Source of the DNA: Amphiscolops sp. MND2022
Taxonomy: Eukaryota
Assembly (NCBI GenBank): GCA_964187785.1
Contig: OZ076409.1
Location: 55,554,001 to 55,618,000, forward strand
Direction: 5' to 3'
DNA: 64,000 bases
Numbering within the stretch: the first letter of the stretch is position 1; each line of letters starts with the position of its first letter. Shown piece after piece: positions 50,417 through 64,000 of this stretch. A program made the translations under genes and the position numbers. A model generated the notes under the pieces. That model searched no databases. It saw only the letters and a list, made by a program, of their open reading frames with translations, and was not told the DNA's origin.

Positions 50417-52355
50417 TGTCATGAACATTACGATGTATTCTATCACCGTGTTCATTATTGAGGGTAGTTCTAGTTTTCGCATTATACTGAACTTCGGAAT
50501 AACTTTCCGGTCTCTCGTCGGATCTCTCCCATCCCCTTCTAGTCTCTTGTCCTGAACCGGCCATAGTAACGTTTTGAATTTGTGGCAAAACTTGGTTATT
50601 GATGGCATCACTTATGGCTCTCTGGATTTGAGAACTAACGCTGTTCATCATCTCATCCATCTCCCTAGATATTCTAGAGTTTAGTTCACACGATAACTTA
50701 TTGATCTCAGCTTGAGAATCTATACTCGCTGTGGTTCGGTCGTAACCGGCACTAGTCCCAGTTTCGGGATTTCTATGATCAGAATGGAGATTCATTTCCT
50801 CATTTTCTAAGTTATTGCTTGTAACACTTTCCTGCCTTCTAATGGAAGTTCCATCGAGGCTTTCGTCTCTCCTCATGTCATTGAAGTGATTTTCACCTAA
50901 CATTATGTCAAGGTTTTCAATGTCAGAGAGAATCTCTAATCCTCTAGATTTCCTTGCCTTCTTTTGTTTTCTAGTAGTAGGCATTAAGACTAAACCGGGT
51001 TGAATAATTAAATTATTAAAACCGGAAAACAGAATTGATGATTGTTAACGAGAAAGTGTTATCAACTGAATATTAGGAGCAAAACAAAATTGTGTCCACC
51101 CAAAGGAAGTTGCCCCTATATATAATTCCTTGGGCGGGATAAACATGATGCAAACAGCCAAAAAATGTTACAAACACATTCCGAAAGCACCTGACTTAAC
51201 TCGACTATGCAAGCATCAAAGTGCCGCCGAATCGTGATCGTAAGGTCACGCGGCCGATCAAATTCCTGTTTTGACAACTATAACAAGTATTCAAAAGGCA
51301 CACGGTACATCAAATAGCATCGATTAAAATGTTTACGCCGCTAATATTTCAGGAATGCTGATAATCTCGTGTCGGCACGTGCCCCGTTAGCAGGCTAGAT
51401 CAACTTGTATACAGCAATGTTACATGTAACAGCACATATTTTCCTTTATATAATATGCACACAGATTCCACGTGTCAACTAGTAAATATGGTCAGACATG
51501 TCCTTTGGACTAATATTGGTAGCAACATAATACATTGGTATTGATTACACCAATTAATTTCAAAAGTTACATGAGTCTTTACGACGTACTTGTAATTATA
51601 CATGACATTTAAAGTACACTAAATGATTGTAATTAGCATCTGAATAATAGTATTGAAAAGGGGCCTCAACCGGCCACTGTCCAATTGGTCACAGCAACAG
51701 AGGATAGAAGTCAGGCAAATGGCCTTATTCGGCCTAATATTGGAATGGATAAAATAAAGCGCCAATTAGCTAAAATGAACGTTTAATTAGTACAGCAACG
51801 CGATTAGACTACTATTGAACGAAACACAACAGTGCTCGCATTAATATTCTTTCATCTGAACATTAAGGCCGGAACCGGCCGTTTGACTAAAGCGCCAATA
51901 GATAAAGGTGAAATTCCGGCATATGGCCTAAACCGGCCATTAATTAAATACAGCACTACTATTACTCAAATGGATGAATATGATTGGCTAACAGGTTGTG
52001 CTCAAGTGACGTCTCCGGAATTGGAGTTACGTTCACTTGAACTCGTTTCCTTTACGCTTTCTAGCTGCCTATCTATTGCTATAACAGCGTGTTCATACTG
52101 CACTTCTAGCTCTTACAATTATCAAAACAGCATCTGAATTTTCAAATGTTGGCATTAACGGACTAATATCAACAAACTATATACTAAGTGTAAAATTCGC
52201 AACGATAACAGGTACAACTTGTAGACTAAAAAATAATAGCAAAGTTTGTGTTTTTAATGTTTACCTCTAATATATTGGTAGAGTTCCGGCCGCTATTTCC
52301 TGTCCTTCTGCGGTAGTAGTGATCCTTGTACCATCACAGGCGGCAGCTTGCGACA
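50417..52355 (-). repeat. 5' LTR of element B (1939 bp)
   Basis: Direct repeat of 36019-37953; adjacent to PBS and TSD. Confidence 0.97.
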
Positions 52356-53428
52356 CACAGATTGCAGATCCAAGGAAACAATCATAAGTCAATATAATAC
52401 ATTTTTAAATTACAGTTTAACTGCTGACTGGTCCACAAAAATTTTAGTTCGATACCCATGGATATCCAATGTGACCTTATAGAGCGGCATCGCCTTTTCA
52501 GAAACAGGCTGATCATTGTCTGCCATAATAAATACCGTACGACTTCACGTTGATTGTAGTCTGTCAACATAAAACAGTACGATTCAATGCTGATCCTAGA
52601 CTGGCAATATAGGTTGATGGCTACAGACTACGGTCCGTCATTCTTATGAAAGACGCATTAAAATAACATAGCCAATACTTGCCAACAAAAACTAGTTCAC
52701 TGAGTCTTTCTAAATAGTGGAGCAGATTTTTATCACAAAACAGTAAACATGTTCCACTAAACAGTGAACAGTTAGATACTTGATACTGCTAACTGACCTG
52801 CAGCGAATGTCACAGTCGGCGCCCGGACTGGATTGCGGATGCAGAGGACGATGTCATGGCTGATCCACGAAACAGTTAAGATTCTATTTTAACCATAAAC
52901 TAAATTAGGAAATGTACCGACCTACATTAATAACCAATAGTATTTAGATGTTTGTAGAATGTTCTAGAATGTAGATTTATTCAATATTGAATGACTGTAA
53001 AACTCTACTCCTTCAGAGAGAGAAAACTAATAATCAGTATTTGGTCGACTTCCTTTTTGTTCTACTTCTACCATCTCATAGCTAGCTAGCCAGACCTCGA
53101 AGCAGCCTTTCTTAGTAAGCCTTTAAGTAGCCACCACCACCTTTCAATAAAATAAAAGGCATACCACCCAACAAGTATTTAAGGCGGCACAATTTGGTGC
53201 GACTTGTAAAAATTTTTCTTTTCACAACTGATGCTTTCTCTTCTCTCAACAATAATACAACTACCACTCCTCATTTTTGAACTTCTTTGGGATTGCAGCG
53301 AAATTTTTCTGGATTTTCTTGAAGACTTGACCTGTGACTTTCTGAATTTCTTCAATAAATACATCATTGTTCGACAAACAATTTCTCCAATACAAACATC
53401 ACTTAAAATAAAACAAATTTTCTTCACC

Positions 53429-53704
53429 GCCGGTTTATCACGTTTTCTAACACGTTGACACGGTTCTTCTTCTGCTTCTCTTGCCTTGCCGGTTTATCAC
53501 GTTTTCTAACACGTTGACACGGTTCTTCTTCAGACTGATTTATCCGTAGTGACACAGTTCTGCTTCTCTCTTCAGACTGATTTATCCTCAGTGACACAGT
53601 TCTGCTCTCTATACGGATTTATCACAGCTATCCTGAAGCTCGTTGAAACAGTGATTCTTTTCTCTTTGTCTGGTTTATCAAGGTTTTCTAACACCTTTGA
53701 CTCA
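53429..53704 (+). repeat. Short direct repeats in the element C leader
   Basis: 43 bp GCCGGTTTATCACG..GGTTCTTCTT at 53429 and 53488, with a variant near 53670; ~38 bp TCTTCAGACTGATTTATCC..GTTCTGCT at 53527 and 53569. Confidence 0.85.
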
Positions 53705-54589
53705 GCAATTTTCTTCAATCCTGCTATCTTGAACGTCAGGTGGACTCCTGGTGTAATAGTTGACTGAGTGCATGTCAGACTCTGCTCACCTATAAGCACA
53801 TACGTTTCAAGATCAACTTCGTGTTGGCAGAAATTCTGGATTTTCTATATTTACGTTTTCGATCCATTTTCTACAAAAAACCTATATAACCTAGCTTTCA
53901 GAAATAGACTCTGAAAAAAAAGGAACCAAGAAACCCAATAAAATCAACCAAGTTTTATCCTTCTTCATTTTCCCATTATGTCGTCGACAACAATACAAAA
54001 ATTTTCCACATAAAAATACAAACATTTCCAACACACTTTATCGTTTTAAAAATAATTAACAACAAAATTTCAACTCTTTCCCTAATTTAAACTTATTTCC
54101 AATTTACAAAACATTTGTTTTAACAAAAACACACATATAATTTGAACGCACTTTTTTTGCCCTAAAATCTAAAATAAGGCATGCAAATAAAAAAACACAC
54201 TGTAAAGGTAGTTTTCTACTTTCAGGCACCCACAATTCCTATCCCCTCCCGTAAGACTTAGACAATCAGACAGCTCTAACAGCTAAATCTGATTCTAAGA
54301 CTGACTAAACACCTTAGTTAAGTTTAAACGTCAGTAAGGAGAATCTAGAGGACACCGAACAACGTTCGAATCTTCGAAGTTCTCAGGAAGTAAAAGTAAA
54401 AGTAAAAGGTGTAAAGATCAAAACTTTGATCTTGATCAATATTGATCAGACTTTGGATAGTGGACGTTGATTGTTCAGAGTTCCGCTCCCTTAGTCTTAA
54501 AACACACAAACTCCTAAAAATTAAAACACTTGTAGCTTTTCTGGACGTGTCAGTAACCTTATGTTAGACACTTTACAGTAATCCAGACT

Positions 54590-57500
54590 TAAAATCACAA
54601 TTAGTTTCTGTTAGCAATCCTTTGAGGTTGAATACAGATCCTACTGCATCCGCTTCTTTCTTCTCTATCCCAAAACATACAAATAATTCAAACAACTGCA
54701 AATCCACTCTATATTATACAATATATGAATTCCAACACACACCACCAAAGATCAGATAATACATTTTTTATACTCTTATAACATCTGCTTCTATGCACTT
54801 AATTATAAACCAAATTAACTTCCTTCAAAACCCCACCACTGAAGATTTTAAAAGAATAATCCAACAATTTCAACAATATTTTTTCCATATTATAGCACAA
54901 CAAAGATTTTACCCCAGATCTCCAACTTAAAAGTTTTCACATCAAACTTCACTTCCAACATTGAACCTTCACATCATAACATGTGGAAAAAGGTTACCAC
55001 AGTAGTACTCATCACCACATACACATTTTGTGTCTTATTTATAGTTTGCATCCTGTTGGAAAAGATACTTACAACAATAAAAGATAACATCTAAAATGAA
55101 TCCCTCAACAGCTTCCCTTTCACCCTTCCAAATACCTTACTTTAAAAATGCAAAGATAGTAAAACGTGAATTTTATAATATTATATATTGTACAAACTAT
55201 TATACAAAATATTATATATAATTTCACACAACCACTTCTATTTGAAAATGAGCTTTTTACAATTGAAACAATTCCTCTTATTAGAGAACATTTAGATACA
55301 TGTCTTCTCTATATTAGACATCGAAATACAACTATTACTACAGAATACCCAACTTTTAAAATTTCTTTTCCTCAACAAGGATCTTCTTCACATCAAATAT
55401 ATAGAAGAACCCAATAAACTTTCTAACTCCTATAAAAGAAGTTTTCCAAACCTTCCTAAATCACGTAAAAGAACACAATTGAGCAAATGAAACCCCAAAA
55501 TTCAGTCCAAAAGCACTTGAAGAACTTGATCAACATGTAGGTAACTTCGAAGTAAAAAGTTATAGAAAGACTAGTTGATCCTCAAAACAATCCTCATCAC
55601 TTATTACAAGCTGATACCTTAAGAAAAGAAAACTTCCTATATCATTATTTCAAAGACCTAACCTAGAATAACCAAACAATACCTCAAATTCAAGTAATCT
55701 CTTTATTCCTTCGGAAATATTTCCGGTTCAACTATCAACTATTATGGTCACCACACGATCAATCTGCTTTTACAGCATTTCCAACTTATTTTACACCAGA
55801 TGAATGTTTACCATTCATCATAAATGAACAGAATGAACATCCTTACTTCTTTAGACCAGATTCAATTATACAACATAATATCGACCGTATAAACTTTGAT
55901 CCTCATTTGATAACAGACAATAACTTACTTGATGATAATAGACTTTATCACTATCAACGAAATACTCCAGTTCAACAAGATCCACGTATCAACTTTGACA
56001 ATAATGATAGAGATAACGAAACAAATAATGAAGACCTACTTCAACAACAAGGAGGTAATAATGAAAACATACCTCAACAACAACATGAAAATGAAAATTA
56101 TAACGAAGATAATCAATTAGATGAAAACAATACAAGTGAGTACAATACTCAAGAATCTACAACTTCCGCACAAAATGCATCACAAGCTGGAACATCGACA
56201 AATGCTGGAACATCGACAAATACCCAATCTTTCAGAATTCCAACTAAAAGTGTCAGTCCAAGACAAAATACGCTTGATCCTCAATCTAATTTAGATATAC
56301 TTCAAAACCGAAATATCACTTTTAACTTTCCACCTCACCCAGATGAAACCACACAAAACGAAACTCAAAGTACAATACAAGAAGAAACTCAACCTATAAA
56401 TTCTATCCGTAATACCTCTGTTAATGTTTCATCACCTACAAGAACTACTTTTAATAATCCAATATACATGTCTCGATCAAGATATGATCCTCCATCAATT
56501 CCTTCTGCTTTTCAATCAAACAGATCAATTCAATTAGACGATAATCTCAATGATAAACAACCTTTTTCTAGTCGTTACTACGATCCATTCAATTATTCCT
56601 TTTTTCCATCGTCAGATACAAATACTAATACAAATAAAATTCCAAATTATTCTCAACCAAATCTTAACTCAAGAACACAAAACCCACTTACAAATACACA
56701 ACCAATAAATTGTTCAAGAAATGAATTTATTTCTCAAAGTCAAGCAACCTCTTATACAACTTCTTACTCACATTCAACACAACCTTTTCAAAGGAGACAT
56801 CAAAATCCTCCACTCACACATATACCTGCTGATCCTTTATATCAAATAAATCAAAATATAAATTATAACCCTATTACAAATCAACTACCAATAAATACGC
56901 AACCTGTAACACTTCAACACACACAATCTGTAGCTACTCCACTCCAATACATACCAGTACAACATGATACATTTATGAATATGTCTGCCTCAATACCAGA
57001 ACCTATGAAACCTTTTGACGGTTTAGATCATTCCTATACCCCAGAGGAATACTTTCAACCAATTGAAGCAAGATTAACCTTCGCCATAGGTGAAGAACTT
57101 CTAAATAATCCCATCAAATATAGATCCTGGCATAATAGACGCATGGCATATATACAATGTTCTTTAACTGGAACCGCCCTTGATTGGTATACAATCCTCC
57201 ATATATCATATAAACAACAATGGAATTCATTTGTACAACTATTCAAGAAACAATTTTCATCTCAAAAAACAACTTACTACGCACAAGTAGAAGCTATGTC
57301 ACTCATGAAAAAGGACAACGAAACAGTACGTCATTTTGCACTTAGAGTACAACAACTAGTTAAAAAGGGATGGTGCAATGAAAATGCAGCCACCATAAAC
57401 CTCAAAAACAAAGAAATTTTCACAAAATGAATACCCAAAAAATTAAAAGACTTTGCTCACAAAAGACAAGTCAAACATGTATCAACGTTACTTGAACCAT

Positions 57501-60500
57501 CAATACCTTTCCATACACTTGTTCGACATGTTGATTCTGAAGACATCGCTAATGAAAAAAAAGGACAAATGACTTAGCTTTAGAAATAAACAAAGTATCA
57601 CTTGAAGATGAAACAAATACTAAAGTATTAGAACACGAAGAGCATATAATGGTTACTCAATCTGGAGACCCAAATAACAAAAGCAAACAAGCTTATAAAA
57701 AGTATTGTTCATACTGTCACAAAGACAACCATAGTATTTCAAATTGTTATCAAAAACAACGTGATGATGATTACCAAAGATATACGAATCAAAGATCAAG
57801 AACTCCTCAACAATCCTTTGTACAATACTTTCGTAGTAAACCCAATAATTCACAAGAAACTCGAAATGAAAACACAAATGCTTACTCTTCTAATGACAAT
57901 GATCGTAGTAAATGTAACCAAAATTACTACAATGATAGATACAGAAATAACGATAAATATCGCAGTAACAGTAGAGATGATTCCCAAATAAGTTATAGAT
58001 CTAACTCTCGACAAAGATATTACAATAGCTCTCGAAGTCCATATAGATCTCGATACGAAAATTATTACAAACGAAGAACTCCATCTCGATCTCCATATAG
58101 ATCTCCATACAGGAATAACTCTAATTACAGATACAATTCTCGATCCAGATACAGATCTCGTTATCAATCACAAGGAAATTCCTTTAAACGATACAATTAC
58201 ACATAAAGATCTGCATCTAGACCAAGAGATTTTAGATCACGATCTAGAACACCTCCACAAAACAGACAACAAAATAGAATAAACCAAGTAGATGTTCAAT
58301 CTACAAACGACAAAGATAGTACCAAATTTGAAATCCATACATGTCAAGTAACTGAAATTGCAAACACAATTACTCCTTATAGTTGGTTTTACCCACTATA
58401 TGTTCAAACCTTTGAAACGAAAGACAACGTATTACCTTCAAAATTAGAAATTCTATTTCTTCTAGACACTGGAGTCTCCATATCTGTTTTGAACTTACCG
58501 ACATTCCATGTAATTTCTAAACAACTAAACCTCAATGTTCCAAAGAATATCGAAAATAAAAGAGCTAAAACTCTTACAGTTGCAAATCAAACTGAAAAAC
58601 CAATAATACACTATACTTCAATGACATGTTTCACCGAAGCAAACCATCAAAATCGATCGTTTAATATTGACTTTGCTGTTGCAAACATTAAATACAACAT
58701 TCTTGGAACACCTTTCTTCAAAAGACATATTCAAAGTAAAGACTTTCAACAAAATATTATGACTTATAAAGAACAACATTCAAAACTTCCTACAAAAACA
58801 CACTTCTCCACATTTACAGAAAAGGACTATCCATATGTGTCATACATTTACACTATTAAATGTAAAGAACCAATTCACTTTAAACCAAGATCAGGCAAAA
58901 CCATACATTTCCCAATCAAAAATTATCTGAACTTACACTTTGAACTAGAAGATAATACAAAATTCTACCCATCAACTCCATACACATATTTCTTACAAAA
59001 ATTGAAAGATATTTTTCATTTTCTAGACATGATAATTAACGATAAAAACAAAGACTCATGTGCAACAATAATTCAAAATTTTACATCTCACCCAGCTACA
59101 TTACCACGAGGAATAATTGGTTACATAGAAATTCCTATAACTCAAACAACTCCTCCTCACTAGAGAGTGCATGATGTAAACTCTCTAATTCATTCTGCAA
59201 TACATGCTTATCATACCGATACCACTATTCCAATTAAACAAAATGAATATACCGATATGAATTTATGTACTCGAGTAATTCCCAAATCATTATTAGAAAT
59301 CAACAAAATAGAAATAAATGATCAAACACTTCAATTACCAATACCTTCTGTTACTGGAAATCTTCGACCTTCCGATAAAATAAGAAAAGATTTTCCTCTA
59401 TTACCATATTCTACAGAAAACCAGCAATTTATAAAGAAATTCAACTTTGAATACTCAGGTTTAACTGATACTGAATATGTAAACCTCTGCAATATCCTTA
59501 TTAACAATCAAAATTGTTACGCTAAACACAACAACGACGTAGGAAAAATTTATACTCCTTTCAGAATTAGAATTAGAGAAAACTGTAAACTTCAAACACA
59601 GAGACCTTCTAAAATACCAATACATTACAGAGACCGACTCAATAAACTCTTATTAGAACTCAAAAAATATATTATAAAAAAAAACAAATTGGTTCCACAC
59701 CAGATGAAAAACATACAATTGGAACAACATTCTTAAATCCTTTAATCATTATTCCCAAAGGAGACGCGATAAAAGTTGTCCTAGATGCTAGACGTCTTAA
59801 CTCAAATACAAACCAAGAATTTGAATCTTGGCCTAATGAACCTTTAGCTCCTCAATTAGCTAGAGCTAACAAAAAATACAAATCAACCATTGACCTAATG
59901 TACGCATACGCTCATACCCCTTTAGACGAAGAAAAAATTTAACTTACTGGATTCTCATCCGGAGATAAATTATATGCCTTTATCCGTGGATTTTATGGAT
60001 TAAAAGGACTTCCAATTTTTTTCACAAAACAACTGTCAACTTTTTTCAGACCACTTATAGACAAACGTTCTGCGTTAGTATATATTAATGATATTCAACT
60101 ATTAGCAGACGAAAAACAAGAAATGTTTGAACTTATGAAAGAACTTCATACAATAGCAAACAGAAAAAACCTCAAACTTGCACCTGAAAAATCATTTTAC
60201 ATATTACTCAAAGTTAAATTCCTTGGACATGAAATAGGGAATAACACAATAAAACCAATTCCATCAAAAATTGAAGCCATCAAAAGAATTGCCTCACCAA
60301 AAGAAAAGTAAGACGTTATGCAATTTTTAGGCAGTGTTAACTTTTATTCAGAATTCATCGAAAAAGTTCATATAAACCTTAAACCACTGTATACTTTATT
60401 ACATGACGATATTAAATTTCAATGGACACCCGAACTAGAAAAAATATTTCAAGATGTCAAAAACGCAATGACAGCAGATACTGAATTAACTATACCTAAT

Positions 60501-62548
60501 ACAAAACATCCATTTTTCATAACAGTAGACGCTTCATTAGTTGGTTTAGGCGCAGTCTTATTCCAAATGAATGAAGCAAACAAAATGAAAGTTATTTCTT
60601 ACAATTCAAGAATTCCTAATACACAAGAACAAAAACTTTCAACTTTAGACAGAGAACTCCTCGCAATAGTTTATGCATTACAAATATACGAATTTCTCAT
60701 TATTGGATCTCCTCATCCAATATACATCTTTACAGATCACAAACCTCTACTACATTGTTTCGCAAAAAAGGGAAACCTTAGTCCTAGATTTAATAGAGCA
60801 CAAATGCAATTAACAAAATTTTTCAAACTGAAAAATATCCATACTCCTGGAAAAAATTTAACTGTAGCAGATATGCTTTCAAGAACTTTTACAAAAGAAC
60901 AACTTCAAGTACATCAATTACGACACAAACAATTACCACCCCAAATAGATTTCTCGATAATGAAGGATAATCAACTTAAACCAGTACACTATTTACTGAA
61001 ACACGAAGAAATCAAATTTAATCAAAAAAATGATTGCCATCCAATTCTTTCTGATTATGGAGACGATCAATTCTCCATACGTATAAACAACAAAGGAGAA
61101 GACATTCATAAAAAACACTTAAACTCATTCTTTTTTCAATCTATTGTTCCCTTTGAATCCAAATATAAAAGACCTACAAAGAATCAAACAAAATCACTGA
61201 CAACAATCAGCTATTCATAATGACACTGATATTCTTAGTGATGACGATGAACCAAATCAATCACAAAATGTCAAGAATCTAAATACAAACATATTGAAAG
61301 AACAAACGTTGGCAAAACAATATCCCACTAAATCTGATTACTGTAATCAACAAGTTCCATTTTTTGACCCCTCCTTCTTCAAATATAAAAGATACTTTCA
61401 TTACTTTTTCTTACCAGAAAACACACAAGTAACAATTGAAATAATAAAATCTCAACAAAAAATAGACCCTGTATTACAAAAAGTTTTTCATTGGTTAACA
61501 ACTAAAGACAAACCCTTACAAATAGACCCAATAATAGCAAGTAACTCTTTCCTCTTAGTATACTACAAACTCTTCAACCAATTATATATTAATCATTAAA
61601 CAAAAATCATTCATATAGATTACCCTAATCTTCATGATTCAAATCCAAGCCAAAGAGACAAAATATGCTTATCATTTAAACTATTTCATGCAGCTTTCAA
61701 CAAACTTCACGCACATGGACATTCAGGAATTAAAATATCCATCAAAACTTTTAACCAATTTTATTTCATACCATATTTAAACAAATGGATGTCGATATTT
61801 ATCCATGATTGCATTGAATGTCAACAGAACAGCTACTGAAAGTGCTATGATGCAATTATACCATACAGTTTACGAAAACACAAAAAGAAAAAATATTTCA
61901 TTCGCTTATTTTAACAAAACCTACCATAATCCAAGATCCTTAGACATTGGTACATTCGTACCAAAAAGACATTTTCTTCATGTTCACTTTTCAGACAAAT
62001 TGAAACCTCTCAGAATTGGACCATTCAAAATAATAAATAAAATTTCTGATATAACATATGAAATTGTTAATCAAGATGGTTACACGTCTCAAATTCATAG
62101 AAATCATTTAGTTCTTTATTATTCAAAAGAACCAATCATTTTTCCTTTTTTACAACAGTATAATCCTCATTCAATTAACAACAATTATAATAACTCGGAT
62201 CTAAATGACCCACTACAATCTTTTGACTTCTTATCCGACGAAGAACAATTAATTGAAGACGACCAGTTCACACATTCAAATTCTAATAAAGAAACGGATA
62301 TACCATCCACAATTGATTTCCAACCAGAACCATTTAGTCAATATTTTTCATTTCCGTACCAACAAAATACACCAAAAACCAATTACAGTAAATCAGAAAG
62401 TCAAACTGATATTCACGATTACGATAATTTTATTAATCCCCGAAGACACTCCTATAATAGAAATAATTTCCGCCCACAACCACGAAAAGACTATCGACTT
62501 TTCCTCGGTGAAAAGGATATAATTTCACTTTCTCAAAAATCTTGCTGA
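54590..62548 (+). pseudogene. gag-pol of element C with many stops and frameshifts; start approximate
   Basis: KPFDGLD capsid motif; CSYCHKDNHSISNC knuckle; LDTG protease (58462); RT YIND (60081); RNase H TVDAS..GLGAVL; integrase HAHGH..CIEC and GPF, with the DDE core missing. Confidence 0.9.
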
Positions 62549-62683
62549 AAGAAAGAAAGTTTTGATTTCGAAACCGATTGTTGAAAGAAAGAAAGTTTTG
62601 AAACTGAACGTGAAAATCAATAAAAAACAATACAAAACAAAGCAAAATCTGAAATAAATAATATAAGATAAACACATTTCAAA

Positions 62684-64000
62684 ATTGACCGAAATACACA
62701 CTCTTCTTCATCTAGCTCAACATATTCACTCCAAACATTACCCGTATACACAGCATTTTTAAACTCAGATACTGACATACTGGATTCCTCGTCCTCAAAC
62801 CCCAGCCCATCTGCTCCATATTCTCCTGATAGAGCACCAGCTACACCCACTAATACACCTATACTTCAAACTCAAACTTCAGTAAAAACAACTCAACCAC
62901 AAGCAATTCCACAAAATTTGTTATTTTTAGAAACAAGTTCACCAACAAGTGACTCTTGTGATGAATCAAATACAACACAAAATACTGTACAAGATACCTC
63001 AAGTATCCTAAATAGACCCCCTCTTCCTCCAATTCCTACCACCCGTACTGTTCATATCCCTGATCCAAGTTCTGTTGTTCAATATATTTCTTCTGGCCCA
63101 CATAAAAAACCAACAGCAACCAAAACACAAAGAAAAACTCCTTTACCTACACTGCCAAAAAATCTTACCTTACCATCAAGTCAAACTCCAATAACTACTA
63201 TACCAGAACATACAACTAAATCACCAATAAAGAAATTACCAGAACTCCCAAGTAAATCACCATCAGAACTAAGTTCATTCACAATTTCTCAATTATATCC
63301 AAGATTAGAACTACAACGTGTACAATCAACAACTACTTCTTTTCTAACAGACGTATATTGCAAAGATAAAGACTCTGATTCAACTGCCAGTACTAGAGTA
63401 CCACGACATAGTTACAACCTAAGATCTCAACCAAGACGAAATTCTCAAGAATTACAATCTTTAATTAGTTCTAGTACTAACTCTAGACAACTAGTTAGAC
63501 AACAAGCACAACCCAGATTAGATACTCCTTCTCTTTCCTCATCTCATCCTACAATACCATCTTCTTTATCACTACCATTTCAAGTCACATCAGGATTTGA
63601 AACAGCATATCTTCTTTCTGAAGATCCACAAACTATATCAGACAGTGCAGCTAACTATTCACAAACTTATTCACCTAGTTCAATACAATCTAACTCATCT
63701 ATACAGTTACCTGAATATTTCTTAGAAGATTATTCAAGACCTCCTACACCAAATCCACACGAATACCCTATCCGTGTTAATTCAAGAATTATTCGTAGTT
63801 TTAACGAAGACCCTCGATATACTGTACTACCTATTAGATTTATAAACAATAGCTCTCTTTCAAATCCAAGAAAACAAAGAGAATTGCAAAGATTACAAGA
63901 AGACCATATAATTTTAAAATTTGAAGTCGAAGTTACTTTCAACTCATTTAGACCTCATCCAATTTCGCTTTCAACAAGGGTAGCACATAAAACAACTCCC
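62684..64000 (+). CDS. Element C post-pol ORF, at least 439 codons, S/T/P-rich, no ATG (absent from ORF track)
   Basis: Manual translation shows no stop from 62672 to the window end: (I)DRNTHSSSSSSTYSLQ...RHSYNLRSQPRR...ILKFEVEVTFNSFRPHP. Confidence 0.65.
   Translation, partial: MDRNTHSSSSSSTYSLQTLPVYTAFLNSDTDILDSSSSNPSPSAPYSPDRAPATPTNTPILQTQTSVKTTQPQAIPQNLLFLETSSPTSDSCDESNTTQNTVQDTSSILNRPPLPPIPTTRTVHIPDPSSVVQYISSGPHKKPTATKTQRKTPLPTLPKNLTLPSSQTPITTIPEHTTKSPIKKLPELPSKSPSELSSFTISQLYPRLELQRVQSTTTSFLTDVYCKDKDSDSTASTRVPRHSYNLRSQPRRNSQELQSLISSSTNSRQLVRQQAQPRLDTPSLSSSHPTIPSSLSLPFQVTSGFETAYLLSEDPQTISDSAANYSQTYSPSSIQSNSSIQLPEYFLEDYSRPPTPNPHEYPIRVNSRIIRSFNEDPRYTVLPIRFINNSSLSNPRKQRELQRLQEDHIILKFEVEVTFNSFRPHPISLSTRVAHKTTP

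Larger units (their letters stand above)
49291..50984 (-). pseudogene. gag: gag of element B (starts in the 5' LTR; frameshift near 50388, TAG at 49708-49710)
   Basis: Capsid-like TFDGKSEKFELFEDLF; two CCHC knuckles, CNYCKEKGHMVKDC and CGTCGKKNHPEERC. Confidence 0.92.
36019..52355 (-). mobile_element. Full-length Ty3/Gypsy LTR retrotransposon B (16,337 bp) with accessory genes
   Basis: Two LTRs with TGTC..GACA ends; TSD CACAG at 36014-36018 and 52356-52360; TGG-starting PBS; gag; PR-RT-RH-IN order. Confidence 0.97.
52913..64000 (+). mobile_element. Decayed Ty3/Gypsy element C (continues past the window; left boundary approximate)
   Basis: Candidate short LTR TGTACCG..GCGGCACA (52913-53191) with AATAAA; TGGTGCGAC PBS-like site at 53195; gag-pol remnants downstream. 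Confidence 0.8.

Noticed and set aside
53429..53704. CRISPR-like repeat array
   Set aside because: Only two or three copies per repeat, no regular spacers, no cas genes, and a eukaryotic retroelement context.

Overview
Animal (probably invertebrate) genomic DNA made almost entirely of nested retrotransposons, which appear to lie in or beside a + strand host gene with calcium-binding EGF exons (34190-34312, 35425-35697). Bases 1-30132 are at least three tandem copies of an ~11 kb block. Each copy holds the 3' end of a Gypsy-type element ('A'), a PHD-finger LINE, and a solo LTR inserted in that LINE; only the last copy keeps the LINE RT. A complete 16.3 kb Gypsy element ('B', - strand, 36019-52355) has 1.94 kb LTRs, a CACAG TSD and a near-intact pol. 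A decayed Gypsy ('C', + strand) runs from ~52.9 kb off the end of the window. Main finding: elements A and B, whose LTRs show no obvious similarity, each carry a large antisense, intron-containing gene just inside the 3' LTR. The gene looks like a catalytically dead hAT transposase (BED-like Zn finger, hAT-like core, no DDE). Three intron positions and phases match between the two very divergent versions, pointing to an old, maintained accessory gene captured from a DNA transposon. Family assignments rest on motif recognition by eye; no searches were run.
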